Positions 29,496-39,700 are shown, counted from the first letter of the stretch. The stretch is DNA of 64,000 nt from a candidate division FCPU426 bacterium (GCA_963796105.1 CAWCKJ010000014.1:1-64000); one strand, 5' to 3'. Notes: generated from the letters alone by a model not told the origin. A program made the numbers and translations.

Positions 29496-29728
29496 AGCCG
29501 TTTAAAGCTCTGCCCTCTTAATGCCTCTGGAGTCTATCCATAAGGTAAGGGCTTCTATAGACCCTCCAACAACCCTTTAATAAAATATCCAACCAGGCAA
29601 AATTCTTTTTTTAGGCTTGGTCAAAATCCATTTATCAAATGGCCTTTGGCCCATTTGATTTCGACACTTAGCTTCGTCCACTTGAGTGAGGACGGCTACG
29701 AGGGCCGATGGCATGGAGTATTATTAAT

Positions 29729-30112
29729 ATGTTTAAGTGGATTTCTTTTAACGCCAGATTAGTTTATTTACACGTTATTTTTTTGTGGGTATTAATTGAA
29801 ATTTTTATTTTGGCAAGTGTCGTCAAACCTTTTAAGGAAGTTTATGAAGGTTTTGGAAATGGCAAAGGGTTTTCTCCAAACCTCAAGTTTTTGTTTTTCG
29901 TAAATGAGAACTTGCAATGGTTGAATCACCTCTGGGCTTTAATTGCAATTCCACCGATTTTATACGCTATTTCGGTTTATTTGTACAAAAGAGGTTGGGT
30001 GAATAAGTGGACAGAGGTAATAATTATTATGATTTTAGGGTTTACCTTGGGGTTCATATTTGTAACACTTTTTACACCACAAATTGGCCTTTCCAGTGTG
30101 CCCAATAAATAA
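29729..30112 (+). CDS. hypothetical membrane protein
   Basis: Three hydrophobic segments. Confidence 0.55.
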   Translation: MFKWISFNARLVYLHVIFLWVLIEIFILASVVKPFKEVYEGFGNGKGFSPNLKFLFFVNENLQWLNHLWALIAIPPILYAISVYLYKRGWVNKWTEVIIIMILGFTLGFIFVTLFTPQIGLSSVPNK

Positions 30113-30270
30113 AAGAGTACCAATGTCAGAGATACCTGTACCTTACAATTCGGGTAAGAAAAAGACATCCGACTTACGTCAACAGCTTCTGGCTGTTGAC
30201 ACAGCCCAGCTAGTTTCTCGGCTTGTGACCTCGAAACGGGACGCAGGTTTTTCATCCAGGGATTAAAATA

Positions 30271-30561
30271 ATGTCTGAAATATCCGCTCCGGAGCGGATC
30301 GCCCATTTCTTGAATGGCTACCTTGGTAATGATCTTCTTGACGCCATTGTTATTCCAATAAACCTCGCTAAAAATTACAAGGAAATGACCACCGAGGAAC
30401 AGGATGAGCTATTCGAATTCGTATTTCATGATATTTTTAAAGAGTCGGCAATGTACATTGCCGATGAAATGAAAAGGGAACTTAGAGTCGTGGAACTAAA
30501 CCTAATAAAGCGCCGTGTAATGGATTTTCTTAAACAATCGGGAATGAAGTACAAAAAATGA
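30271..30561 (+). CDS. hypothetical protein (module gene A, copy 1)
   Basis: Paralog of 33867-34193 (ELNLIKRR..DFLKQSG). Confidence 0.7.
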   Translation: MSEISAPERIAHFLNGYLGNDLLDAIVIPINLAKNYKEMTTEEQDELFEFVFHDIFKESAMYIADEMKRELRVVELNLIKRRVMDFLKQSGMKYKK

Positions 30562-31214
30562 AAACTAAATATATTTACTACACGCCTAAATTTACTCCAA
30601 CAGATCCACAGATCCTTAAAACCGCAAATTCTAAATGCAACCACATACTGGGCCTAAAAGTATTGGGCTCCCTTTGGAAAAGAGGCTTATTTCCCAGTGA
30701 CTTGGAGAACCATTTTTTGATGACTTGGCTGGCCTACGAAAACGGAAATGCCAGCAGGCTTTCTAAAACCCTCGGATTACACAGGAACACGCTCATTTTT
30801 CAATTCAGGGAGAAGGCGAATAGTCCTTCAACTATTAAGCTAAGAAAGCTCTGGTTCAAGATTTGTTCGTTGAGTGGTAAAAAATCTTTTTCACAAAAAG
30901 TCTTTGAATTTTACTTCCGCGCCTTCACCAAACCTCCACTAAAGAAATTTGAAAACGAAGGATTAGTAAATCTTTGGCTGATGGGTTTTCCTCGAAAAGT
31001 TGTGCGTCTTCATTTCATCTTGTGGCTTTTTAAGCGGGGGCGGAGCTTAAAAGAAGTAAGCCGTATACTAAGGCTGAATCCACGCTCTATTCACAGATTT
31101 CGGTTGCAAGCAACGCAACCAGGTTCACCCGTCGCAAAATGGTTGAAACCTTTGAAGCCCACAAAGAAGGATTGGTATCCGTTGGGCTTCGGGGGAAGAA
31201 GAAAAGGCAAGTAA
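30558..31214 (+). CDS. double-HTH DNA-binding protein (module gene B, copy 1)
   Basis: Fis-like GNASRLSKTLGLHRNTL and a second HTH GRSLKEVSRILRLNPRSI. Confidence 0.7.
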   Translation: MKTKYIYYTPKFTPTDPQILKTANSKCNHILGLKVLGSLWKRGLFPSDLENHFLMTWLAYENGNASRLSKTLGLHRNTLIFQFREKANSPSTIKLRKLWFKICSLSGKKSFSQKVFEFYFRAFTKPPLKKFENEGLVNLWLMGFPRKVVRLHFILWLFKRGRSLKEVSRILRLNPRSIHRFRLQATQPGSPVAKWLKPLKPTKKDWYPLGFGGRRKGK

Positions 31215-31955
31215 ATGAAAATCATGTTCTTGGACGAATCGGGTGACCATAATCTTTCAGTGATTGATCCCCAATATCCGTTGTTCGTCCTGGGCGGTAT
31301 CATCACCGACCAGGAATACGCCGAGGGGGAGATGACGGAAAAGTTGAATCGGTTCAAAAGGGATATTTTTGGAATGGAAGACATCATTCTTCACACCGCC
31401 GATATTACCCGGAACCGGAACGGTTTTGAGGGGATTAAAGATGTCGATTTTCGAACTCGGTTTTACCGGGAATTGGAAAAGTTGTTGGGGGAGTTAAATT
31501 TCAAGGTCGTTGCCTGCGCCGTTCGGAAAGATGAGCTTTTGACACGTTACGGTGTCGCGGCGCTGGACCCGTACATGATGAGCCTGGATATCTTGGTGGA
31601 AAGGTTTTGCTTTGAGATCGGTGATCAAAGCGACGGTGGAATAGTGGTGGCCGAAAAAAGGGGGCCGACTTTGGACCACGAATTGGATTTGGCTTGGCTC
31701 AATTTGAAAATCAAGGGAACAACTTTCCTGAAAGCAAAAACCATAGAGAATCGGATTATTAGCATCCTTAGTCGGCACAAAAACGAGAATATCTCAGGTC
31801 TGCAAATCGCAGACCAGGTTGTTTCCCCTGTGGGTAGGTTTATATTAGGAAAGAGGAGTATTTATCCGAGTTTCGAGGTTATTGAACGGAAATTTCGGCG
31901 GAGCGCTGAGGGAACTTATGATGGTGTCGGACTTGTGGTTTTGCCAAAAAAATAG
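31215..31955 (+). CDS. DUF3800 family protein (RNase H-like fold)
   Basis: MFLDESGD, ILHTADI, VAEKRG and GLQIAD motifs. Confidence 0.9.
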   Translation: MKIMFLDESGDHNLSVIDPQYPLFVLGGIITDQEYAEGEMTEKLNRFKRDIFGMEDIILHTADITRNRNGFEGIKDVDFRTRFYRELEKLLGELNFKVVACAVRKDELLTRYGVAALDPYMMSLDILVERFCFEIGDQSDGGIVVAEKRGPTLDHELDLAWLNLKIKGTTFLKAKTIENRIISILSRHKNENISGLQIADQVVSPVGRFILGKRSIYPSFEVIERKFRRSAEGTYDGVGLVVLPKK

Positions 31956-31986
31956 GCCAGGACCCGCTACGCAGTTCCCAGCCATG
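31947..31986 (-). ncRNA. putative small RNA convergent on DUF3800
   Basis: Minus-strand TTGATA(32020-32015)-17 bp-TAATAT(31997-31992); GGCUGGGA/UCCUGGCC stem with inner CUGC/GCGG, then a U-tract. Confidence 0.6.
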
Positions 31987-32030
31987 AATTAATATTAGCT
32001 TGTATCAGCGGTGATATCAAGTGTTGAAAA

Positions 32031-32210
32031 TCAGATGTATTGTTTCCGGGAAAGGACGTATTCCAACTCTTGGAGGAGATAAGGGGAATAAAGGAGCCTG
32101 AAACGGTTTTGGGTGAATTGTCGGAGGATTTCGGAGGAAACCCGGCCGCCCAGGGCCATGCTGACGAAGACATTGGTATCAATGATGACGCTTGGAGTGG
32201 AACTCTTCAC
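32031..32210 (-). pseudogene. PIN-domain toxin, truncated at 59 aa
   Basis: Manual translation MKSSTPSVIIDTNVFVSMALGG...SPYLLQELEYVLSR. Confidence 0.7.
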
Positions 32211-32406
32211 GGGATTCCTCGATCATCTGTTGGATGTGCTTGGGGGACCAGCCCTTGCGTTTGACCATGGCCCGGAGTTCCCGAACCGTTTCGAGGAAAC
32301 GCTCCGTCACAACCTCCTGGGCCAAACGCCATTTTTCCTTCGACTCCAGCTGGCGGAAGGCGGATTCGACTTGTTTTTTGTCGAGTTGAACCGCGACTTT
32401 GGACAT
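32179..32406 (-). CDS. putative antitoxin of the PIN toxin
   Basis: Small helical protein overlapping the PIN start. Confidence 0.6.
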   Translation of the reverse strand: MSKVAVQLDKKQVESAFRQLESKEKWRLAQEVVTERFLETVRELRAMVKRKGWSPKHIQQMIEESREEFHSKRHH

Positions 32407-32657
32407 GGAAAATTTCCTTACAAGATTACTATAGCACACCGGGGGACGATTAAAAACCTCGGTGGCTGTGGGTTTCAGGACGGTCTCCCGTTACGAAGCC
32501 CATTCGATGCGCTTTGGTTTACTCAGGGCTTCGGTTACCGGGTCTCTCCGTCTTGGCCCCACAATGATTAGGGGCTGTAATTCCAAGCACTTGTCGCCCC
32601 AGTTGAATAAGCATAAAATGCTTATAGTTGTCGAGGAGACGGCCAGGGGTCATTGAA

Positions 32658-32957
32658 ATGAAAACAGCTATAAAAATTGATAAAGGAAAAATCGCTGAAA
32701 TCTGCCGAAGACACCATATTCAAAAACTCTCCCTTTTTGGATCGATTTTACGCGATGATTTTGGCCCTGACAGCGACGTGGACGTCCTGGTGCAGTATCA
32801 GCCTGGCAAAGTCGTTGGTTTTGAGGTTTTTGACATCGAAAAAGAATTATCCGGTGTGTTTGGCCATGAGGTGGATTTGATTACGGAGAAATACCTCAAC
32901 CAGCGCCTTCGTGACCGCGTGCTCAATTCGGCGGAAGTCCAATATGCAGAGGGATGA
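32658..32957 (+). CDS. MNT minimal nucleotidyltransferase antitoxin
   Basis: LFGSILRDDFGPDSDVDVLV. Confidence 0.9.
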   Translation: MKTAIKIDKGKIAEICRRHHIQKLSLFGSILRDDFGPDSDVDVLVQYQPGKVVGFEVFDIEKELSGVFGHEVDLITEKYLNQRLRDRVLNSAEVQYAEG

Positions 32958-33279
32958 CCGGGTTTATATCGGTCACATGCTCGATACGGCCAAAAAGGCC
33001 GTCCTGAAAATCCAAGGCCGGAAACAAACTGAATGCGAATTGGACGAGGATTTTTGCATTGTCCTGGCCTATCACGTTCAAACTTTCGGTGAAGCCGCCC
33101 GCCATGTCAGCACCGCCTATCAAACCGCCCATCCTGATATTCCTTGGGAAAAGATAATTGGAACGCGCCATAAGATTGTTCACGATTATTTGAGTGTGGA
33201 TTATGGGGTCGTTTTGGGCGTCGTCTTCCGTGAATTCCCCCCACTCATTCCAATCTTGGAAAAATATTTGTCCGAATAA
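32944..33279 (+). CDS. HEPN (DUF86) ribonuclease toxin
   Basis: GEAA...IPW..IIGTRHKIVHDY (RX4HXY). Confidence 0.9.
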   Translation: MQRDDRVYIGHMLDTAKKAVLKIQGRKQTECELDEDFCIVLAYHVQTFGEAARHVSTAYQTAHPDIPWEKIIGTRHKIVHDYLSVDYGVVLGVVFREFPPLIPILEKYLSE

Positions 33280-33307
33280 TTCTATTTTTAGGGATAAGAG
33301 GTAAGGC

Positions 33308-33634
33308 ATGGGTACCAAGGCGGCCAGGAACGCGGGCATCAGCAATTTTGTGAGGATTATCCTACAAAGGGAAGGCATCATTCTCTTTGAAAAGTGGTTT
33401 GACCACTTGCAAAAGCTGACCCCTGACCGGAGGATTTCGGATTTTGATGTCCGGGATAAAGTGCTCGAAGAAATTCTATCTATTGTGACCAAGGGAAATC
33501 ACATCATTTTGGATAAGAAAGACAAAATCTTCATCGAGGAGCTTCTAAACCGATTCTTAATGGGTTGCCACCTATTGCTGCCGAATAAAGCCCAGGAAAA
33601 GTTTGAAAATGACCAACTTGAGAACAATAAATGA
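33308..33634 (+). CDS. hypothetical protein (module gene C, copy 1)
   Basis: Near-identical to 34858-35184. Confidence 0.7.
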   Translation: MGTKAARNAGISNFVRIILQREGIILFEKWFDHLQKLTPDRRISDFDVRDKVLEEILSIVTKGNHIILDKKDKIFIEELLNRFLMGCHLLLPNKAQEKFENDQLENNK

Positions 33635-33701
33635 GCAGAAGTCCCAATAATATAAATCCGGCAGAGCCGGTTAAATTGACTTCCGCACCACACAACGCCC
33701 A

Positions 33702-33773
33702 CATTGGAACCTTTTTATATTGGCTCCAACACACTCAAAGCTTGGGTTTCGGCTTGAGACCTCAACCCAGAGG
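33702..33773 (+). repeat. two-hairpin element (72 bp) inserted in a CGCCCA-CTTG-TGGGCG hairpin
   Basis: TTGGAACC..GGCTCCAA-CACACTCAA-second hairpin. Confidence 0.8.
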
Positions 33774-33866
33774 CTTGTGGGCGGGCGGTGTAGAAATTTA
33801 TTCTACACAATGACCCTTCTTTATATGTAGCCCCCCCAATCCCCATTTAATAAAATAACTAGCAAG

Positions 33867-34193
33867 ATGTGCCACTCAATGTCCTTCCCTATGGGCCCTA
33901 AAAAAAATGATGTTGTGCGGATTGCCACCTTCATGAACGACTTTTTAAACGTTGAAATGATCGAGACGATCCCTTACCCCAATAACATCCGGGGACAATA
34001 TGACGACCTCGACGATGAAGAAAAAAACCAATGGCTCGAATACACCTTCGACGTCGTTTTCCTTAACGCACACCGGAAGGCCACGGGACTTTTAGGAAGG
34101 GTATTAAGTTTCGTCGAATCGAACCTCATCAAGCGTCGAATTATCAATTTTTTTAAGCAATCGGGAATTGGCACAACAAGGGATGATATTTGA
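33867..34193 (+). CDS. hypothetical protein (module gene A, copy 2)
   Basis: Paralog of 30271-30561. Confidence 0.7.
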   Translation: MCHSMSFPMGPKKNDVVRIATFMNDFLNVEMIETIPYPNNIRGQYDDLDDEEKNQWLEYTFDVVFLNAHRKATGLLGRVLSFVESNLIKRRIINFFKQSGIGTTRDDI

Positions 34194-34855
34194 TGCCTAA
34201 AAGACAAAAATCGACGCGAAGAAATCTTCCAAGTGATCCGAAGATTCTAAAAACCGCCAATTCTAGTAGTAACCATGTTTTGGGTCTAAAGGCCTTAGCT
34301 TCTCTTTGGAAACGTGGGTTTTCCCCTAAGGACTTAGAAAATCATTTTTTGATGACTTGGTTGGCCTACGAAAACGGGAATGTCAGCAGGCTTTCAAAAA
34401 CCCTCGGCCTACACAGAAACACACTTGTTTTGAATTTCAGGGATAAGGCAAAGAGTCCGTCAACTATTAAGCTAAGAAACCTTTGGTTAAAAATCTTATT
34501 TTCTAGTGGGAAAAAATCTTTTTCACACAAAGTCTTTGAATTTTACTTCCGCGCCTTCACCAAACCTCCACTAAAGAAATTTAAAAACGAAGGATTAGTA
34601 AATCTTTGGCTGATGGGTTTTCCTCGAAAAGTTGTGCGTCTTCATTTCATTTTGTGGCTTTTTAGGCGGGGTCGGCGCTTAAGAGAAGTAAGCCGTATAC
34701 TAAGGCTGAATCCACGCTCTATTCACAGATTTCGGTTGCAAGCAACGCAACCAGGTTCACCTGTCGCAAAATGGTTGGGACCTCTGAAACCCACGCATAA
34801 GGATTGGTACCCAAAGAGACTTCATAGGGAAAGAAAAGGGAAAAGGAAACCGTAA
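34193..34855 (+). CDS. double-HTH DNA-binding protein (module gene B, copy 2)
   Basis: Highly similar to 30558-31214. Confidence 0.7.
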   Translation: MPKRQKSTRRNLPSDPKILKTANSSSNHVLGLKALASLWKRGFSPKDLENHFLMTWLAYENGNVSRLSKTLGLHRNTLVLNFRDKAKSPSTIKLRNLWLKILFSSGKKSFSHKVFEFYFRAFTKPPLKKFKNEGLVNLWLMGFPRKVVRLHFILWLFRRGRRLREVSRILRLNPRSIHRFRLQATQPGSPVAKWLGPLKPTHKDWYPKRLHRERKGKRKP

Positions 34856-34857
34856 AA

Positions 34858-35184
34858 ATGGGTACCAAGGCGGCCAGGAACGCGGGCATCAGCAATTTTG
34901 TGAGGATTATCCTACAAAGGGAAGGCATCATTCTCTTCGAAAAGTGGTTTGACCACTTGCAAAAGCTGACCCCTAACCGGAGGATTTCGGATTTTGACGT
35001 AAGGGATAAAGTGCTTGAGGAAATCCTATCTATTGTGACCCAGGGGAATCACATCATTTTGGACAGGAAGGACAAAATCTTCATCGAGGAGCTTCTAAAC
35101 CGATTCTTAATGGGATGCCACCTACTTCTGCCGAATAAAGCCCAGGAAAAAGCTGAAAATGACCAACTTGATAGCCAGAAATAA
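34858..35184 (+). CDS. hypothetical protein (module gene C, copy 2)
   Basis: Near-identical to 33308-33634. Confidence 0.7.
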   Translation: MGTKAARNAGISNFVRIILQREGIILFEKWFDHLQKLTPNRRISDFDVRDKVLEEILSIVTQGNHIILDRKDKIFIEELLNRFLMGCHLLLPNKAQEKAENDQLDSQK

Positions 35185-35679
35185 AACCACTTTCACCACA
35201 GGTTCCTACGGAACCACGGAGGGCACGGAGTTACACAGAGTAAAGAAGGAGAGAGAACTACCCCCTTAACCAGCTCGTCTTTTGTCAGCTTTTTCGCCAC
35301 GGATGCATGGGATACATGGGATAACTAATCATCGTGGACAGCCCGATGGGCCAATGCTAACGCTTCCAGTCCGGTTTCCCGGTCCGGAGAAATCAAGCTC
35401 TCTCCGGTTCCTGGGTCCCTCCGTCCTGGCCCCACGATGAGTAAAGTTGGATATAATCTATAAAGAAATGTAACGAAGATTTTGATGAAAAAATAAAATC
35501 TCTTTATTTGAAGGAGTGACTATGGATGCTATAGGGGGTTTATTTGGGATAGTAGTTTTTCTTGCAGTATTAATTGTAATTTTCTTGATTTGCCGGAGCA
35601 TAATGCTTTGGTACTGGAAATTGGACAAAATCGAAGAGCATTTAGCGGCGATTCGATCCTCTTTAGAGAAAAAATAACC

Positions 35680-35799
35680 GCCTATTTTAAATTACTAACA
35701 GGTTTTATGGGAAGGGAACTAAGACTCGTGGAACTAAACCTGTTTAAACGCCGTGTATTGGATTTTCTTACACAGGTGGGAATGAGTTACAAAAAATGA
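35680..35799 (+). pseudogene. 3' remnant of module gene A (third copy)
   Basis: GRELRLVELNLFKRRVLDFLTQVGMSYKK followed by the same ATGA overlap. Confidence 0.6.
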
Positions 35800-35884
35800 A
35801 AATAAATTTCACGCTACGGCCCTTCCTTAAGGCGATCTCCACCCCCGCCGCTATACTTCTATCCCTCATATTTGTGTTTAAACG

Positions 35885-36667
35885 GTGGAATTTCTTATGG
35901 GTTTAATAGAAACCTGGAAGAAATATAGACCTAAGCGTCCACCCTATTTCCTAGATGGGGATAATTTACCTAACGAACTTATCTGCAAAGATGGTTGGGA
36001 AAAACAAATAAATAATCAAGAATTTTTGGACCCAACAATTAAAGGCAAGTTCCAACTCGGCTATCTACCCGCACCTTTTGCTGGAAATCTTAAAAAGGCT
36101 TCAATATTTATCCTTTCATTAAATCCAGGTTTTGGCTCATCTGACTCCTACGCTGAGTATCATAATCGTGATTTCAAAAATGCACTTCTAGCGTGCCTCC
36201 ATCAAACCAATAAAGCTTATTTTTTCCCTTTGGACCCTAAATTCTCATGGACGGGATCTTTTGATTATTGGCATAGGAGGTTTAAACAACTTATAAAGGC
36301 AATACAGAATCAAAAAGAATTTAAACTCAAATCTTATAAAAGTGCTCGTGAGTTCCTGGCTAAAAAATTAGCCACTATTGAGTTGGTCCCTTACCACAGC
36401 ACTAATTTCCAAGTTTCTACCGATTTTATTGATAATTTGAGATCTGCTGAATTAGTAAAGAAATTCGTCGGGGGAATATTACTCAAAAAAGCCAAAAAAA
36501 AGAAAGTTTTGATAATTGTTACAAGGCATGTGAAAGATTGGGGTCTTAAGAGTATTCAAGGCAAAATAATTAATTACAATAAAGGAGAATCAAGGGGTGC
36601 ATATTTTAACCACAAAAGAAGGCAGGCTATCCTTAAATTCCTTATTAAACATCATGGAAAAAAATAA
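35885..36667 (+). CDS. uracil-DNA-glycosylase-superfamily-like protein, possibly anti-phage
   Basis: P.PF.GN....IFILSLNPG and IELVPYHS motifs; AT-rich. Confidence 0.45.
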   Translation: MEFLMGLIETWKKYRPKRPPYFLDGDNLPNELICKDGWEKQINNQEFLDPTIKGKFQLGYLPAPFAGNLKKASIFILSLNPGFGSSDSYAEYHNRDFKNALLACLHQTNKAYFFPLDPKFSWTGSFDYWHRRFKQLIKAIQNQKEFKLKSYKSAREFLAKKLATIELVPYHSTNFQVSTDFIDNLRSAELVKKFVGGILLKKAKKKKVLIIVTRHVKDWGLKSIQGKIINYNKGESRGAYFNHKRRQAILKFLIKHHGKK

Positions 36668-36860
36668 AATCTTATTCCTTCCAATTCTGGCTTTTTTTAG
36701 TCTTCACCCCTTACCAGCCTCCGCCTGGGGGGCTGTTGGCCACGAAGTCGTCGCCTATATCTTCGCCGGTTCTCGTTTGGAACCGGCACGGCCAAACCGA
36801 GGGGCTCAAATGGTGGTTTCGCCCCAGGCCGCACGACAACCTCACGCTGGCCGCCCATGA
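36654..36860 (+). pseudogene. 5' fragment of a second S1/P1 nuclease gene interrupted by a two-hairpin element (36762-36827)
   Basis: Signal peptide plus WGAVGHEVVAYI; HDNLTLAA resumes in a shifted frame after the element. Confidence 0.7.
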
Positions 36861-37756
36861 AAATAATTAAAACAAATTGGGTTCCGATCCTTTTCTTTTT
36901 GCTTCCCGTTAATGCTTTTTCTTGGGGTTCTATTGGACATGAGACTATTGCTTATATAGCTTCTGATAATCTCACCCCGGCCGCCAATAAAAGGATTGCG
37001 GCCATACTGGACCAGGGGGCCGATTCTTCTATGGAATCGACACAGGCAAACCCAGCATCTCGGCTTGAGGCCTCGCTGCAGCCGGACGCCCTGGCCAGCA
37101 TTTCAAATTGGGCGGACCAGGTTAGGCAGTTTGGGCGCCCGGAAACCGCCCCTTGGCATTTCATCGACCTTCCCATCCGGAAGGACATATCGGTCAAGGA
37201 CGAGCAGGACTATTGCCCGGGTAATAATTGCGTGGTCAACGAGCTCCAAATCAACCAGGGGATCCTCGGGGATGAATCCCAACCAAAATCGAAGCGTTTA
37301 GAGGCCCTTAAATTCGTCGTCCATTTCATGGGCGACCTACACCAACCCCTTCATTGCGCCGACGACGGCGACCGCGGGGGAAACGATAAGGAGGTCAGGT
37401 TCAAGGCTCCTGGCCACCGTGGCCACGGGGCCAAGATCAAGCTTCACGCCCTTTGGGACCACCTTATTGAGCTCAAAACGGAGGAAGACCCCCGGGAACT
37501 GGCCACCACCCTTGAAAAGGCGATCCCAAAGGACCAGGCGGCCGCCTGGACCAAGGGGGATGAGAAGGATTGGGCATTTGAGAGCTACCAAATAGCCAAA
37601 AACACAATTTACACCGGGCTTAACTCGGGACCCCAGGACTACACCGACAACCCCCTTCCGGATGATTACTTTGATAAAATGCGCCCAATCGTTGACCAAC
37701 AGCTTGAGAAAGCGGGTATCCGGTTGGCATTTGTTTTGAATGAGATTTTTAAGTGA
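36857..37756 (+). CDS. secreted S1/P1 nuclease with a 22-aa in-frame element insertion (37019-37084)
   Basis: WGSIGH, WAD, WHFID, HFMGDLHQPLH, GGN and LHALWD motifs. Confidence 0.92.
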   Translation: MKIIKTNWVPILFFLLPVNAFSWGSIGHETIAYIASDNLTPAANKRIAAILDQGADSSMESTQANPASRLEASLQPDALASISNWADQVRQFGRPETAPWHFIDLPIRKDISVKDEQDYCPGNNCVVNELQINQGILGDESQPKSKRLEALKFVVHFMGDLHQPLHCADDGDRGGNDKEVRFKAPGHRGHGAKIKLHALWDHLIELKTEEDPRELATTLEKAIPKDQAAAWTKGDEKDWAFESYQIAKNTIYTGLNSGPQDYTDNPLPDDYFDKMRPIVDQQLEKAGIRLAFVLNEIFK

Positions 37757-37810
37757 TCGTAAAGCAGATCCTGAGATTTGTGGATTTTATAATTTTTATT
37801 GAGGTGATTT

Positions 37811-39667
37811 GTGTCTAAAAAATTAGTTTCATCACATTTATCTTATTCGACCAAAGCCTCAATTCTTATGGGTATGAATGAGAAAACTTTCCGGGATGAA
37901 GTTCTTTTACCATTATTTCAAAATATGAAATATGAAACAAAACTAACCCACGGTCCAAATGAAGAAGGAAAAGATTTCCTTTTGGCAAAAATAGATGACT
38001 TTGGGGAAACAAAATATATTTGTGTCGTTGTAAAAGCAGGTGATATTAATAACATCCAAATAAGTAAAGAAAAAAACACTCTTTGGGAGGTTCAAAGACA
38101 GGTTGAACAATGTTGGACGATACCCCTTGATAAATATGGTGCTGACGGGAAGTTACCATCGAAGGTCATTGTTGCCCTCTCGGGTCGACTATCTGATAAA
38201 GCAGAATTTGAAATAAATAAAAAAATAACAAATTACAATAAGTCCAACCTTACATTCCTTCCTCAAGAAAAATTAATTCCGTTAAGTAGATACCCACGGG
38301 CAAGCCCGTGGTCCTAAAATCAAAATTCAAGCAAAGTTCGCTTGCCGTGCCTTTGGCACGGTTGCCTTTCACCCACGGGCAAGCCCGTGGAACTCAAACC
38401 TGGCTTTAGAAGAGTTTTATCCTACTGTTTTTATTTATTCCTTGCCTTCGCTTGCACAACACTTAATAACCCTCCTTGACTATATAAAAAAGCGTATGAG
38501 TTTTGATGAAAATACAAACGCATTGCTCGATCAATTAACGATTCCTTGTTATAAAAGAATATTAGATAAAAAGAATTACCTTGTTTCAATTGAGGAATGT
38601 TTACCAATTGAAATAATTCGTAGTGGCGAAGTTGCTTGGTTGCAAGGGGGCACAGGGTCAGGTAAGACATTTATGGTATATCAACTAATTGAAATAGCTT
38701 TAAATAATTTAAAAGAAAACAAAGAATCGAAACTGATAATTCCTATTTATTTAAGAGCACAAGATATAAAAAATATATCAAGAGCGGATAACCTGGATAA
38801 TGTAATTTTTGAGGTTTTAAAAAAATATTCTGAGTTTTGTACGTTGCAAGATGTAAAAAATTGGATTAAAAATTCTAAGTTTGTAATTGTAATTGACGAA
38901 CTAGAAAAAAATAAAAACATTGATTCTATTAATTTGTTATACGAAAAGTTAATAAAAAATAACCCAAATGGTTCGCTTGTTTTACTTTCCAGAATTATGG
39001 AAGAGTTAAGCTGTCCTTTTTCATTTGTGCCAACTGTTTGGTATTTAAAGTTTGTTAATATTGCGAAATCGGTTACGGCGGTTCAAAATCTTATTTCGAA
39101 AAATGAACGAGCTACAAGTCGTTTTAAAGAATTGGTTCAAAACGGAATTATGGAAAGAATACCAAGGACACCTTTGGCATTAAAGGTTCTAAGCCATGTT
39201 TTTGGTGCCGATTTAAAAAGTACTCCTAATAATGGTTTTGAGTTTTTTGATATGTTTTTCGAAATAGTATTGGGCAGATGGGAACCGAATAGAAACACAG
39301 AAAATTTATTTGATTATGCCCAAGTCCGAACCTTTTTCGAACGATCAGCTTTCTTAATGATACAGAAGGGCGTTACAAACATAAAAGCGCGAGAATTAGA
39401 ATTTATTGCAAAAGAAATATTGGACGGCATTGGTGAAAGGAAAATAACTCCTAAGGATTTTATTGTTACGGTTGCCACATCTGGGGATATTGGTTTTATT
39501 GAAGGGGATCAGTTTGAATTTAGTAGTAGAACCTTTCTTGAATTTTTGGCCGGTTGTGAATTAAAAAACCAGAATTGGGAAAAAGATTTTATCCTTGAGT
39601 ATTTAACAGACCCAGATTGGGAAGATGCAATAATTTTTGGTGCTGGTGGAAAAAGACGTGATGATTC
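37811..39667 (+). pseudogene. Mrr-like endonuclease-NACHT NTPase, interrupted by a MITE and truncated by IS3
   Basis: HGPNEEGKD/VVVK nuclease motifs; Walker A GGTGSGKT, Walker B VIDELE, TPL; frame restored by removing 38287-38398. Confidence 0.75.
38287..38398 (-). mobile_element. non-autonomous IS200-derived MITE
   Basis: Both ends (TAGATACCCACGGGCAAGCCCGTGG... and ...CCCACGGGCAAGCCCGTGGAACTCAAA) match the IS at 47556-48074. Confidence 0.9.
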
Positions 39668-39700
39668 TGACCTTCCCCCAATATTTGATCCAAATTTAAG

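Noticed and set aside
35185..35445. CACGGA/CACAGA short repeats and hairpins (35412-35440 resembles 32540-32568)
   Set aside because: Too short and degenerate to assign beyond generic REP-like remnants
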